From: an uncultured bacterium
GTDB taxonomy: Bacteria > Patescibacteriota > Minisyncoccia > SW-4-49-11
Assembly: GCA_937864235.1 (NCBI GenBank)
Contig: CALMJI010000006.1
Coordinates: 113 to 64,112, forward strand
Length of the DNA stretch: 64,000 nt
Direction of reading: 5' to 3'
The notes under the pieces were generated by a model. That model made no database searches. It saw only the letters and a list, made by a program, of their open reading frames with translations, and was not told the origin of the DNA. Below, one piece after another: positions 18,409 to 26,947 of this stretch. The position numbers and the translations under genes were made by a program. The stretch's first letter is position 1. Each line of letters opens with the position of its first letter.

Positions 18409-19476
18409 TTATTCACATTTAACATAGTGTAAATATTCTATTACTGAGCTTGCTTTATGATTTCTATTATCAGATTTGTCAGCCTTAAATCTATTATACT
18501 TTTTTTTGAAAACTCCATATTCACCTCTTTTTGACATAATTGTCCTTACCTCCTCCTCTGTCATTAAACCCTCATTATTATAACTTAAAAATATATACTT
18601 TACATTTGCTTTTTGTATAATATTTTCAAAAGATTGTAAAACTTCTTTTTTTTGTGAAAATTTTGACTTCTGATTTGAATAGTCTCTAAGACCAGTTTTG
18701 CCCTTGATTTTGGGATTATCATACTTAGCAATAGTTTCTAGTAGATGATAATTTGGAGCATATTGTCTTTGATTGTAAGGAGGATCAAGATACAAAACAT
18801 CTCCCTTGACTGTCGAGACTAATTCTTCAATATCTTCATTAAAAACACTATGTTCTTTGTCATTAAGTATAAAATTTGCTGGTTGCATTACAAAATCTTT
18901 TTGAGCTGATTTTTTTAGTTGTTTTAGAAATGCTCCATAAACTGATGCTGTATTTGCCACTTTATCTATATTTTCAATCAGAGTTGTAAGTAAAAAATAA
19001 TATTCATTATCATTGATTTTACTTTCTTCTTTCCAATTTTCAATTTTTTTTCTTATTGTATCAACTTTTTTACCATTTTTATCAGAAAAGTATTGTCTTT
19101 GATTTTTTTTACTCTTTGTACCCCCAAGACAATAATTATTGTATATGAAACCTTCTGTCAGCTCTAAATTATCTAAAAATTTGCATATAAAACTTGCTCT
19201 TTCTTTATAGCTATAAGATTTTAATTCAGATAACTCATCCTCCAATCCTAAAAATTTTAAAATTTTGTGATTTTCAATGTAGTTTTTATTTAATACAAAG
19301 CTATAATATTGCAAATCATTAGCTATAATTTTATGTCCTTTGCTCTTAAAATGCTGTCCTACAACTCCAGTTCCTGCAAATAAATCTAAAAAAATAAAAT
19401 CCCTTTTACCAACTACTTTGTAAATTGATTGTTCTAAAAATTCTAAAAGAGATTTTTTGGAGCCTATATAGTTCAT
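18409..19476 (-). CDS. Dam-class (D12) N6-adenine DNA methyltransferase
   Basis: N-terminal NYIGSKKSLL, AdoMet motif DLFAGTG, catalytic YLDPPY (motif IV); 355 aa. Confidence 0.85.
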   Translation of the reverse strand: MNYIGSKKSLLEFLEQSIYKVVGKRDFIFLDLFAGTGVVGQHFKSKGHKIIANDLQYYSFVLNKNYIENHKILKFLGLEDELSELKSYSYKERASFICKFLDNLELTEGFIYNNYCLGGTKSKKNQRQYFSDKNGKKVDTIRKKIENWKEESKINDNEYYFLLTTLIENIDKVANTASVYGAFLKQLKKSAQKDFVMQPANFILNDKEHSVFNEDIEELVSTVKGDVLYLDPPYNQRQYAPNYHLLETIAKYDNPKIKGKTGLRDYSNQKSKFSQKKEVLQSFENIIQKANVKYIFLSYNNEGLMTEEEVRTIMSKRGEYGVFKKKYNRFKADKSDNRNHKASSVIEYLHYVKCE

Positions 19477-19491
19477 ATTCTGTGATAGACC

Positions 19492-20274
19492 CTAAATTTT
19501 ATTATATTTGGCAAAGTAATCATCAATTTCATTTCTAAGCTCAATTCCTACTCTTTCAAAACAATCAAGCAAATCATTATAAGCTCCTTCTCCCCCTATA
19601 AAATCCCAAAACTCATTAGCTACTTTTAATTCTTGCTCTAGGTCTAGCATCCCTCTAATTGTCCAGCGATTATATGGCTCAGGATCATAAGGATTATATG
19701 GGATAGCAATCAGTGTATGTATTTTTGCATTTGGATTATTAGCTAAAGTTATGGCTGCCCATTCTAAGAGTGTTCGCTTAAATTCCTTGAACCCTCCCGC
19801 ATTTGGTTTTGCGGTTTTAATATCAAATAGAAATAATTCTCCTGTATAACTCTCTAATAAAATATCTACTTTTGTTGGTTTAACTGTTCTAAACTCACCT
19901 TTTTGAGCTATTTTTTGAATAATTTCTATTTCTTGTTTTTTATTTGGTGATGACTTAGCAGTTATTAGATCATCCATTATTTGCTGAATTTTAATTTGAG
20001 CTTGTGAGCTAATTTTATGCCCAGCTATTGCCTGAGATTCCGCTCTCTTGAATCTACTTTTAGCTAAAGATAGAGCTACTGGTTCAAAAATACTAGTTCC
20101 AAAGTTAGTATTTAGTGAATGAATAAAAGAAAACAAAGCCATCCTATCCTTACCTAATAATCTTGAGTGAAAAGGCATTGCTTTTGGCTCTGGTTTGTAA
20201 TTTTTAAATTTATTTCTAAGGGCTGTTCTTAAAACATTTTCTATATCTGTAATTTGTTGCTGATTTAGACTCAT
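19492..20274 (-). CDS. Putative type II restriction endonuclease (PD-(D/E)xK-like), the middle gene of an M-R-M cassette
   Basis: 260 aa. Candidate PD-(D/E)xK core ...ESYTGELFLFDIKTAKP.... It is co-oriented with and overlaps the upstream methyltransferase by 4 nt. No stronger family assignment is possible by eye. Confidence 0.45.
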   Translation of the reverse strand: MSLNQQQITDIENVLRTALRNKFKNYKPEPKAMPFHSRLLGKDRMALFSFIHSLNTNFGTSIFEPVALSLAKSRFKRAESQAIAGHKISSQAQIKIQQIMDDLITAKSSPNKKQEIEIIQKIAQKGEFRTVKPTKVDILLESYTGELFLFDIKTAKPNAGGFKEFKRTLLEWAAITLANNPNAKIHTLIAIPYNPYDPEPYNRWTIRGMLDLEQELKVANEFWDFIGGEGAYNDLLDCFERVGIELRNEIDDYFAKYNKI

Positions 20275-21866
20275 ATTTTTGACTTTAGATGAAAAATAAT
20301 TTCTGCATATGGATTTTTGTCCCTTTCTGTACGATTTAATACTGGTCTTTTGTACTGATTGACGATTTTCATCCCAGCTTTATCAGCTATTTCGGGATAT
20401 AAATTCCATTTATCATTAGCTACCAAGAAAATATCAAAATCTTTAGCGAGATACTTTTTGGCATTCAATAAAACTTTTGAGATTCCCTCTACATAAGAAT
20501 TTTTGGCTTCTTTCCCTTGTCCTTTATATAATGGTCCTATTTCTAACTCATCTTTTCTCTCAAAACCAAATAGATCATAGGCATAAGCATGTTGTTCATG
20601 ATAATCTATTTGTCCTACATAAGGTGGAGATGAAAAAATACCCTTAATTTTCTGCTTCTCAAAAATTGTAGCAAGATTTCTATTTCTAATTTTAATTTCT
20701 TTATATATATCTACTGTTCTAGAATCTCCTGTAATAGTTGTCCAGTATGATTTTCTCTTTAACTGATGAAATTCTTTAATCCTTGCAATGGTATCTTTAG
20801 CATAGCGATTAAACCAATATTTTATAGAAAATATTGGTTTACAAATTTTTTTATGCTTCCAACAATAATAAGTTGTAATTTGGGGTTCTTTCAATGTAGC
20901 CAAATCTGAGTGTGTGGTAGCTCTACAAGATCGAATTGTCCGACTTAATATCACTGATAGCACTCTTTTATTTTTACCATCTTGAACCTTTTTAATCTGT
21001 TCAAAAGCAAAGTCTATTTCTTTTCTAACATTTTGAATATACCATTTATCTAAAAATATTTTATTGTTTTTTTGCTTTAATTCGATTCCATATTTATCTA
21101 CTAATTTCTCATAGATTGCTAAAAATTCTTTCTCTTTTTTGCTAGCATAATTATTTTCATCAATTTCTTTTTTATAGACTTTTCTTTTGAAATTTGGTGA
21201 TGGAAAATTTTTATTATTAAATTTAGATAATTCTATATATAGCTCTTTTTCAAATTCTTGAATTTTTGCATCTACTTCAAATTTAGTAATAGCTAAGTTT
21301 ATATTTTTAATATCTTGCATCAAATCTTCCAGATCATAATCTAATAACTTTATATCTGTTATCATAGTATTAAATCTAGAAATATCTACTCCTACAGAAT
21401 GAATGCCCAATTCATTTGCTTGAACTAAGGTAGTACCAGAGCCAGAAAATGGGTCTAATATAATATCTCCCTGCTTGAAAAACACCTCTTGTTTGAAATT
21501 ATCTATATGTTCATCTATAAAATACTCCACCAGTTGAGGTATAAATTTACCTTTATATGGATGTAATCTATGCACATGCTTGGTAGTATCTTTTTCTCTC
21601 AAATTATCAAATGAGAGACTCCAGTTCAAATCATCTCCTAGCTTTTTCTTCCATTCAATTTCTCTCTTACCATTAAAAGATTGATAATAATTCTTAAGAT
21701 CATTGATATGAACTTGAGTGCTTCCATTGTCTCCATATTTTTTGACCTTCCCGTACTGAATTAAATAAGAAATATTAGTCTCACTAACTACTCTACCCAA
21801 CAATAAACTAGCCCATTCACAAGCTTCTTTTATAGTCAATAATGATTTTGATTCTATATTACTCAT
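20271..21866 (-). CDS. DNA methyltransferase (N6-adenine or N4-cytosine, amino-methyltransferase family)
   Basis: AdoMet-binding motif I ILDPFSGSGTT and catalytic motif IV SPPY, about 270 aa apart (alpha-like order with an intervening target-recognition region); 531 aa. Confidence 0.8.
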   Translation of the reverse strand: MSNIESKSLLTIKEACEWASLLLGRVVSETNISYLIQYGKVKKYGDNGSTQVHINDLKNYYQSFNGKREIEWKKKLGDDLNWSLSFDNLREKDTTKHVHRLHPYKGKFIPQLVEYFIDEHIDNFKQEVFFKQGDIILDPFSGSGTTLVQANELGIHSVGVDISRFNTMITDIKLLDYDLEDLMQDIKNINLAITKFEVDAKIQEFEKELYIELSKFNNKNFPSPNFKRKVYKKEIDENNYASKKEKEFLAIYEKLVDKYGIELKQKNNKIFLDKWYIQNVRKEIDFAFEQIKKVQDGKNKRVLSVILSRTIRSCRATTHSDLATLKEPQITTYYCWKHKKICKPIFSIKYWFNRYAKDTIARIKEFHQLKRKSYWTTITGDSRTVDIYKEIKIRNRNLATIFEKQKIKGIFSSPPYVGQIDYHEQHAYAYDLFGFERKDELEIGPLYKGQGKEAKNSYVEGISKVLLNAKKYLAKDFDIFLVANDKWNLYPEIADKAGMKIVNQYKRPVLNRTERDKNPYAEIIFHLKSKI

Positions 21867-21934
21867 ACCCTCTCATTATACCACACTCCCCCTACCCTTC
21901 CAAAAAACCATTTTTGAGTAGGTGGATGGCTTTG
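21867..21934 (-). promoter_or_regulatory. Promoter element copy B (-35 TTGGAA, 17-nt spacer, -10 TGGTATAAT on minus) lying 8 nt from the methyltransferase ATG (leaderless). It overlaps the genuine sufD 3' end.
   Basis: The reverse complement reads ttggaagggtagggggagtgtggtataatgagagggtATG. Segment 21895-21915 encodes the sufD C-terminus LKNGFLEG. Confidence 0.6.
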
Positions 21935-22548
21935 CTTTGGCTGAGACCTCTTGTCATTAAATAAAATATGTCTGTCTCTCGAACTGGATGTATTGAAACT
22001 CCGTGGCTGGCATTGCTATTGTCAGTGGCCACTCTGAGTTCAGGGATGATTTGAATTTGCGGGCGGGCGGTGAGTAATAAAACTTCCGCTGATTGAGTTG
22101 CTTCGCAATGAGTTATAGCCTCTGGGATTTGGATTATAGTGTGTTGGGTTAATTTATTCCTTGTGGTAAGACAATATCTAGAGTCAATCTGAGACTCTGT
22201 ATAGGCAGATTTATGATTGACTGTGATTATATTCTTGGAATCTGCTTGTATATCTAGTCTAGTGATATATTTAATTTTTGAATATGGCTCTATCAGGTCA
22301 ATAGTCCAGTTTATAGTCCCGCTCCAAGCTTCTTGTTCTAATATTTCTAATTTTGCTCCTTTGGTGAGTACTAAATGTATATTATGGTTATACTCCCCTG
22401 CTCCGATTGAGAGCTCTAGGGTCGCTTGTTCGGCTATATGAATCAGACTATTAGATTTTAATTCAGCTAAATTTAATTTTTCCTGATTTCTAGATTTTAT
22501 AATCAGATAATTATCAGCGAATGGAGTGGTTGTATTATATATTGCCAT
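21892..22548 (-). CDS. sufD: Fe-S cluster assembly protein SufD (short form)
   Basis: 218 aa. The C-terminal beta-helix region is homologous to the SufB C-terminus (compare the SufD end ...FYLMTRGLSQSKAIHLLKNGF with the SufB end ...FYLMSRGMTEGEARKMIVNGF). It lies immediately downstream of sufB. Confidence 0.7.
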   Translation of the reverse strand: MAIYNTTTPFADNYLIIKSRNQEKLNLAELKSNSLIHIAEQATLELSIGAGEYNHNIHLVLTKGAKLEILEQEAWSGTINWTIDLIEPYSKIKYITRLDIQADSKNIITVNHKSAYTESQIDSRYCLTTRNKLTQHTIIQIPEAITHCEATQSAEVLLLTARPQIQIIPELRVATDNSNASHGVSIHPVRETDIFYLMTRGLSQSKAIHLLKNGFLEG

Positions 22549-22551
22549 ATT

Positions 22552-23949
22552 CTAAGTTGCTGAGTCAGTAATTTCAAGTTCAATCAAACGATTGAGCTCA
22601 ATTGCATATTCTAGTGGCAGAGCTTTGACTACTGGCTCTATAAAACCATTGACTATCATTTTCCTAGCCTCTCCCTCAGTCATACCTCTACTCATCAAAT
22701 AAAAAACCTCTTCCTCCCCCACCTTACCCACTCTAGCCTCATGTCCAATCTGGGCATCGCTAGTCTCTACCTGCATTACGGGATAGGTATCAGATTTAGC
22801 TCCGTCATTCATCAGGAGAGCATCACAGACAATATGTGATTCACTACCAATAGCTTTGGGTGTAATTTTGACCAAACCGCGATAGGATGAAATTCCATTA
22901 TCTTGAGAAATACTTTTAGCACTGATGGTTGATTTGGTATAAGGAGCTACATGGATTACTTTGGAGCCTGTATCCTGCTCTTGTCCCTCTCCTGCAAAGG
23001 CTATTCCAAGACTATCCGAACGAGCATATTCTCCCCTCAGAATACTACAAGGATATAACATTGTCACCCCGCTACCCATATTCCCATTTAGCCATTCAAT
23101 AGTACCGTGGGCATCTACTAAAGCTCTTTTAGTATTGAGATTATAGGTATTTTTACTCCAGTTTTCTATGCTAATATATTTGACTTGAGCTCCTTTGTGG
23201 ACGAATATCTCCACTCCACCAGCATGCAAGGCCGAAGCATTCCATCTTGGAGCACTACAACCCTCAATATAAGTTAATTTTGAACCTTCATCGGCAATAA
23301 TTAAAGTATGTTCAAATTGTCCTCCAGCCTGCATATTCATCCGAAAATATGCTTGTAGCGGTAATTCGACTTCCACCCCTTTTGGAACATAAATAAATGT
23401 TCCTCCACTCCAAACTGAAGCATGCAACATAATAAATTTATGATCATTGATTGGGATACATTGAGTCATAAAATATTTCTGTACTAAATCTGGATATTCC
23501 TGCAAAGCTGTATCCATATTCTCAAAAATCACCCCTTTATCCTTCAAATCCTGCTTTAGATTATGATATACCATATCTGAGTCATATTGAGCTCCAACCC
23601 CTCCTAGAGCCTGTTTTTCGGCCTCAGGGATACCTAATTTATCAAAAGTATCCCGAATATCGTCTGGTACATTTTCCCAAGTTGTAGATTCATCAGCGTC
23701 TGGGCGACTAAAATAGATAATTTTCTCTAAATCAAGTCCATCTAGACTTGGACCCCAATTGGGAAGAGGAGTTTGCTTATATAATTCAAAAGCCCTAAGC
23801 CTCTTTGCTAACATCCAAGAGGGTTCGTTTTTTTGTTTGGATATCTCTTCAACCACCTCCCGATTAAGTCCCGGTTTGGTCTGAAATTTTCCCTTATGTA
23901 AGCTATGATTATCGTATACTGATCTATCCATAAATTTGCCTCTAGCCAA
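22552..23949 (-). CDS. sufB: Fe-S cluster assembly protein SufB
   Basis: 465 aa with conserved SufB core motifs. The track start is TTG; an in-frame ATG lies 6 codons downstream. Confidence 0.9.
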   Translation of the reverse strand: MARGKFMDRSVYDNHSLHKGKFQTKPGLNREVVEEISKQKNEPSWMLAKRLRAFELYKQTPLPNWGPSLDGLDLEKIIYFSRPDADESTTWENVPDDIRDTFDKLGIPEAEKQALGGVGAQYDSDMVYHNLKQDLKDKGVIFENMDTALQEYPDLVQKYFMTQCIPINDHKFIMLHASVWSGGTFIYVPKGVEVELPLQAYFRMNMQAGGQFEHTLIIADEGSKLTYIEGCSAPRWNASALHAGGVEIFVHKGAQVKYISIENWSKNTYNLNTKRALVDAHGTIEWLNGNMGSGVTMLYPCSILRGEYARSDSLGIAFAGEGQEQDTGSKVIHVAPYTKSTISAKSISQDNGISSYRGLVKITPKAIGSESHIVCDALLMNDGAKSDTYPVMQVETSDAQIGHEARVGKVGEEEVFYLMSRGMTEGEARKMIVNGFIEPVVKALPLEYAIELNRLIELEITDSAT

Positions 23950-23961
23950 AATATATTATTA

Positions 23962-23976
23962 TGTTATACTATAGCA
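23962..23976. promoter_or_regulatory. Divergent promoters: TGCTATAGT on minus for sufB, TGTTATACT on plus for the 7TM gene
   Basis: Overlapping extended -10-like motifs in the 64-bp intergenic gap. Confidence 0.35.
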
Positions 23977-24013
23977 AAATAATACAATTATCTCAATTAA
24001 TTTTAATAAGCTT

Positions 24014-24655
24014 ATGGATATCTTCTTTGATTACCTTATCCGAAATGATGTACCCAGAGAAACAATAGACATCTTGTTGATGTTTCCTATTATGGCTGGT
24101 TTCATCGTAGCAGCCAGACAAATCGTGGGAGTTAAGGCTTTTGGTATATATACACCACTGATTATCACATTTGCTCTGACTGAAATTGGGTTCAAATACG
24201 GAGTTAGTATTTTTATAGTCTCCCTTCTGGTAGCCTCAATAGTACGATTCCTACTTAGAAAAATTAGAATTTTGTATTTACCAAAAATGGCTTTGATACT
24301 ATCTATTACAGCCTTGTCTATGTTCTTTAGTCTAATCTGGGGCATATTCTCAGATAGCACAATGTTTGTACAAGCCTCAATTTACCAGATTTTAATTATT
24401 ATAACCTTAGTAGAGAAATTCATCAATGCTCAGATGGAAAAAGGTTATCGTACGGCGGTAATTCTATCTCTAGAAACTTTAATCCTAGCCTCATTTGGAA
24501 ACTTAATTATGACAACTACCAGACTTCGAGACTTGGTATTCTATAATCCTTGGGTTATTCTAATTGTCTTTGCTGGAATTATATTCTTAGGACGCTATGA
24601 AGGACTTAGACTTTCTGAATATATACGCTTTAGAAAAATTATTAGCAATCAATAA
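24014..24655 (+). CDS. 7-TM integral membrane protein (7TM module of the type that partners alpha-L-glutamate-ligase-like ATP-grasp enzymes)
   Basis: 213 aa with seven predicted hydrophobic helices. It lies 4 nt upstream of, and co-oriented with, an ATP-grasp ligase, which is the arrangement described for 7TM / inactive-transglutaminase partners of RimK-like ligases. Confidence 0.5.
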   Translation: MDIFFDYLIRNDVPRETIDILLMFPIMAGFIVAARQIVGVKAFGIYTPLIITFALTEIGFKYGVSIFIVSLLVASIVRFLLRKIRILYLPKMALILSITALSMFFSLIWGIFSDSTMFVQASIYQILIIITLVEKFINAQMEKGYRTAVILSLETLILASFGNLIMTTTRLRDLVFYNPWVILIVFAGIIFLGRYEGLRLSEYIRFRKIISNQ

Positions 24656-24658
24656 GCT

Positions 24659-26080
24659 ATGAATTGGCTAGAAGCATTCGTATTTAGTCAAAAAATACTC
24701 GGGATGAATGCCCGCAATCTTTCTTATATCAAACCCTACAATTACCGCAAATGGGTAAAGCTAGTAGACAATAAAATCAAGTTCAAAAAAGCCCTACAAC
24801 AAAATAATATCCCGACCCCAAAACTCTTAGCTTCTATCCGCTCCTATGAAAAGCTTAATGATTTTGATTATAATAAATTACCAAAAAGCTTTGTTCTAAA
24901 ACCAACATCTGGCTTTGGAGGAGAAGGAATTGTAGTGATTTTTGGAGAACACAAAAAAAGAACAGCCGACGGCGAGAGACAATGGGTCAAAACTAAAGGA
25001 GTCAAACTCAGTGAGACTATGATTCACAACCATATTAGTAATATTCTAGATGGAACATATTCTCGAACCAATAGCCCGGATGTAGCCTTCTTTGAAGAGA
25101 GAATCAAAATCAACAAATCATTCAAGCATTTAGCCTACAAAGGTATTCCTGATATTAGAGTTATCGTATTCAATCGCATTCCCGTAATGGCAATGATGAG
25201 AATCCCGACCAAAGAATCCGACGGCAAAGCTAATCTGCATCTTGGAGGAATTGGAGTCGGAATAGATATGGCTACCGGAGTTACTACCAATGCCATTATG
25301 CGAGAGAAATTTATCGATACTATCCCAGGGACAAAAATTAATTTAGCTGGGATTAGAATCCCATATTGGAATACAATTTTGGATATTGCAATTCGCACTG
25401 CTGATGTGACAAATCTAGGGCTCACTGGAGTAGATATAGCCATAGACCGAGATGCTGGACCGGTAGTATTAGAGGCCAATGCACGACCGGGACTAGCCAT
25501 CCAAATTGCCAATCTCGCCCCCCTAAAAGAAAGACTCCAAAAAGTCAAAGGTCTCAAAGTCAAAACTATCAAAAGAGCAATCCGACTAGCAAAAGATCTC
25601 TTCGGAGGAGAAATTGAAGAGGAAATTGAGGAAATCACCGGACGACAAGTGATAGGTTTGATTGAAGAAATCACCCTGTTTGGTAAAGACAGTCAAAAAC
25701 AAACTATTCTAGCTAAGGTAGATACAGGAGCAGGCAAAACATCTATTGATGAAAATTTAGCTATTGAATTAGGTTATGCTGGAGTGTTAGAGCATATGAA
25801 AAAGTTTAAAATAAAGCCAGTGCTAACCTTAGATGAAATTAATGAGCTATCTAAAAATAAAGTCTGGCAAAAAATAGAAGAGCACCCCGATATAGTGGGA
25901 GTCTCTAAAGTAAAAAGTAGTCACGGCTACTCTTATAGACCGATAATCTATATCAAACTTAAAGTTAGAGATGATATTTTTGGAACAAAAGCCAATATTA
26001 TAACTAGACAAGATTTGGAGTACCAAATGATATTAGGAGAAAACTCCCTCAAAAGATTTATCATAGATCCAAGGAAGTAA
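24659..26080 (+). CDS. ATP-grasp ligase (alpha-L-glutamate ligase-related) fused to a C-terminal retropepsin-like aspartyl-protease domain (DTGA)
   Basis: The N-terminal ~330 aa has the ATP-grasp fold (KPTSGFGGEGIVV, LHLGGIGVGIDMATG, VLEANARPGL). The C-terminal ~130 aa has KVDTGAGKTSIDENLA, resembling the RimK-associated retropepsin-like protease family (PF05618 type) that is usually a separate gene. Confidence 0.65.
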   Translation: MNWLEAFVFSQKILGMNARNLSYIKPYNYRKWVKLVDNKIKFKKALQQNNIPTPKLLASIRSYEKLNDFDYNKLPKSFVLKPTSGFGGEGIVVIFGEHKKRTADGERQWVKTKGVKLSETMIHNHISNILDGTYSRTNSPDVAFFEERIKINKSFKHLAYKGIPDIRVIVFNRIPVMAMMRIPTKESDGKANLHLGGIGVGIDMATGVTTNAIMREKFIDTIPGTKINLAGIRIPYWNTILDIAIRTADVTNLGLTGVDIAIDRDAGPVVLEANARPGLAIQIANLAPLKERLQKVKGLKVKTIKRAIRLAKDLFGGEIEEEIEEITGRQVIGLIEEITLFGKDSQKQTILAKVDTGAGKTSIDENLAIELGYAGVLEHMKKFKIKPVLTLDEINELSKNKVWQKIEEHPDIVGVSKVKSSHGYSYRPIIYIKLKVRDDIFGTKANIITRQDLEYQMILGENSLKRFIIDPRK

Positions 26081-26088
26081 AATATCAC

Positions 26089-26943
26089 ATGAAGACAATA
26101 CTATTTACAACACGTAATGAACCAAATACAAAAACAATTAGTAAGTTGATCGAAGCTGCCAAAAGATTAGACCTCAATATAGAAATAATTCATACTAAAT
26201 CTAGTATAAATAAACTCCATAAAAATAATAAATTAAAACATATAGACTTTGCAATACATAGAGACGTTGATTGTGCTCCATCCCAAAACTTTTATGTAAA
26301 TCAACTTCCATCATCAACGAGGCAACTAAATAAAGATTTTTTATTGAAATTTAATAAATATGACAAAGCTATACAATATTCATATTTATCCCAAACTAAT
26401 CACAGTATCCCTTTAATCCCTACCATATGGTCATTTGATACTTTAAGCTATGAATATATATGTAAATATTTTCAAGATAACAAGTTTTTAGTTAAACCTA
26501 GCTGGGGATCATTTGGAAATGGAATTCAAATCATAGACTCTCAGTCAAAGTTAGATGAATATTATAAAACAAATCGTCCTTACAATATTATATTTCAACA
26601 GTATATTCCGATTGAATGGGATATTAGGGTTTTAATAATAGGAAATAAAGTATTGGGAGGAATGAAAAGGAATAAGCCTCATGAGGATTCCATTGTAACC
26701 AATATATCCAAAGGTGGTATTGGGGAAAAATTTGTATTGTCACCTGAAGTAGAAAAAATAGCTTTGGATGTATCTAGAACGTTATCATTAGAATACGCTG
26801 GGGTAGATATTTTATTTGATTCTAAACATAATCCTTATGTGATTGAAGTGAATTCAAGCCCACAATTCTATGGTTTCAATAAGACCTTTAATATTCAAGT
26901 TGAAGATTTATTACTAGATTACTTGATATCATCTAAAGGTTAA
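26089..26943 (+). CDS. RimK-family ATP-grasp ligase (alpha-L-glutamate ligase-like), paralog 2
   Basis: EWDIRVLIIGNKVLGGMKRNK...ISKGG...AGVDILFD...YVIEVNSSP matches RimK central and C-terminal motifs. Confidence 0.75.
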   Translation: MKTILFTTRNEPNTKTISKLIEAAKRLDLNIEIIHTKSSINKLHKNNKLKHIDFAIHRDVDCAPSQNFYVNQLPSSTRQLNKDFLLKFNKYDKAIQYSYLSQTNHSIPLIPTIWSFDTLSYEYICKYFQDNKFLVKPSWGSFGNGIQIIDSQSKLDEYYKTNRPYNIIFQQYIPIEWDIRVLIIGNKVLGGMKRNKPHEDSIVTNISKGGIGEKFVLSPEVEKIALDVSRTLSLEYAGVDILFDSKHNPYVIEVNSSPQFYGFNKTFNIQVEDLLLDYLISSKG

Positions 26944-26947
26944 ATTT

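Noticed and set aside
19492-20274. Assigning the 260-aa ORF to a specific restriction-enzyme family (MboI/DpnII or TdeIII) and recognition site
   Set aside because: Only a generic PD-(D/E)xK-like signature can be seen by eye. The M-R-M gene order and the Dam-class partner suggest GATC, but that is an analogy and not evidence. It is left as 'putative endonuclease'.
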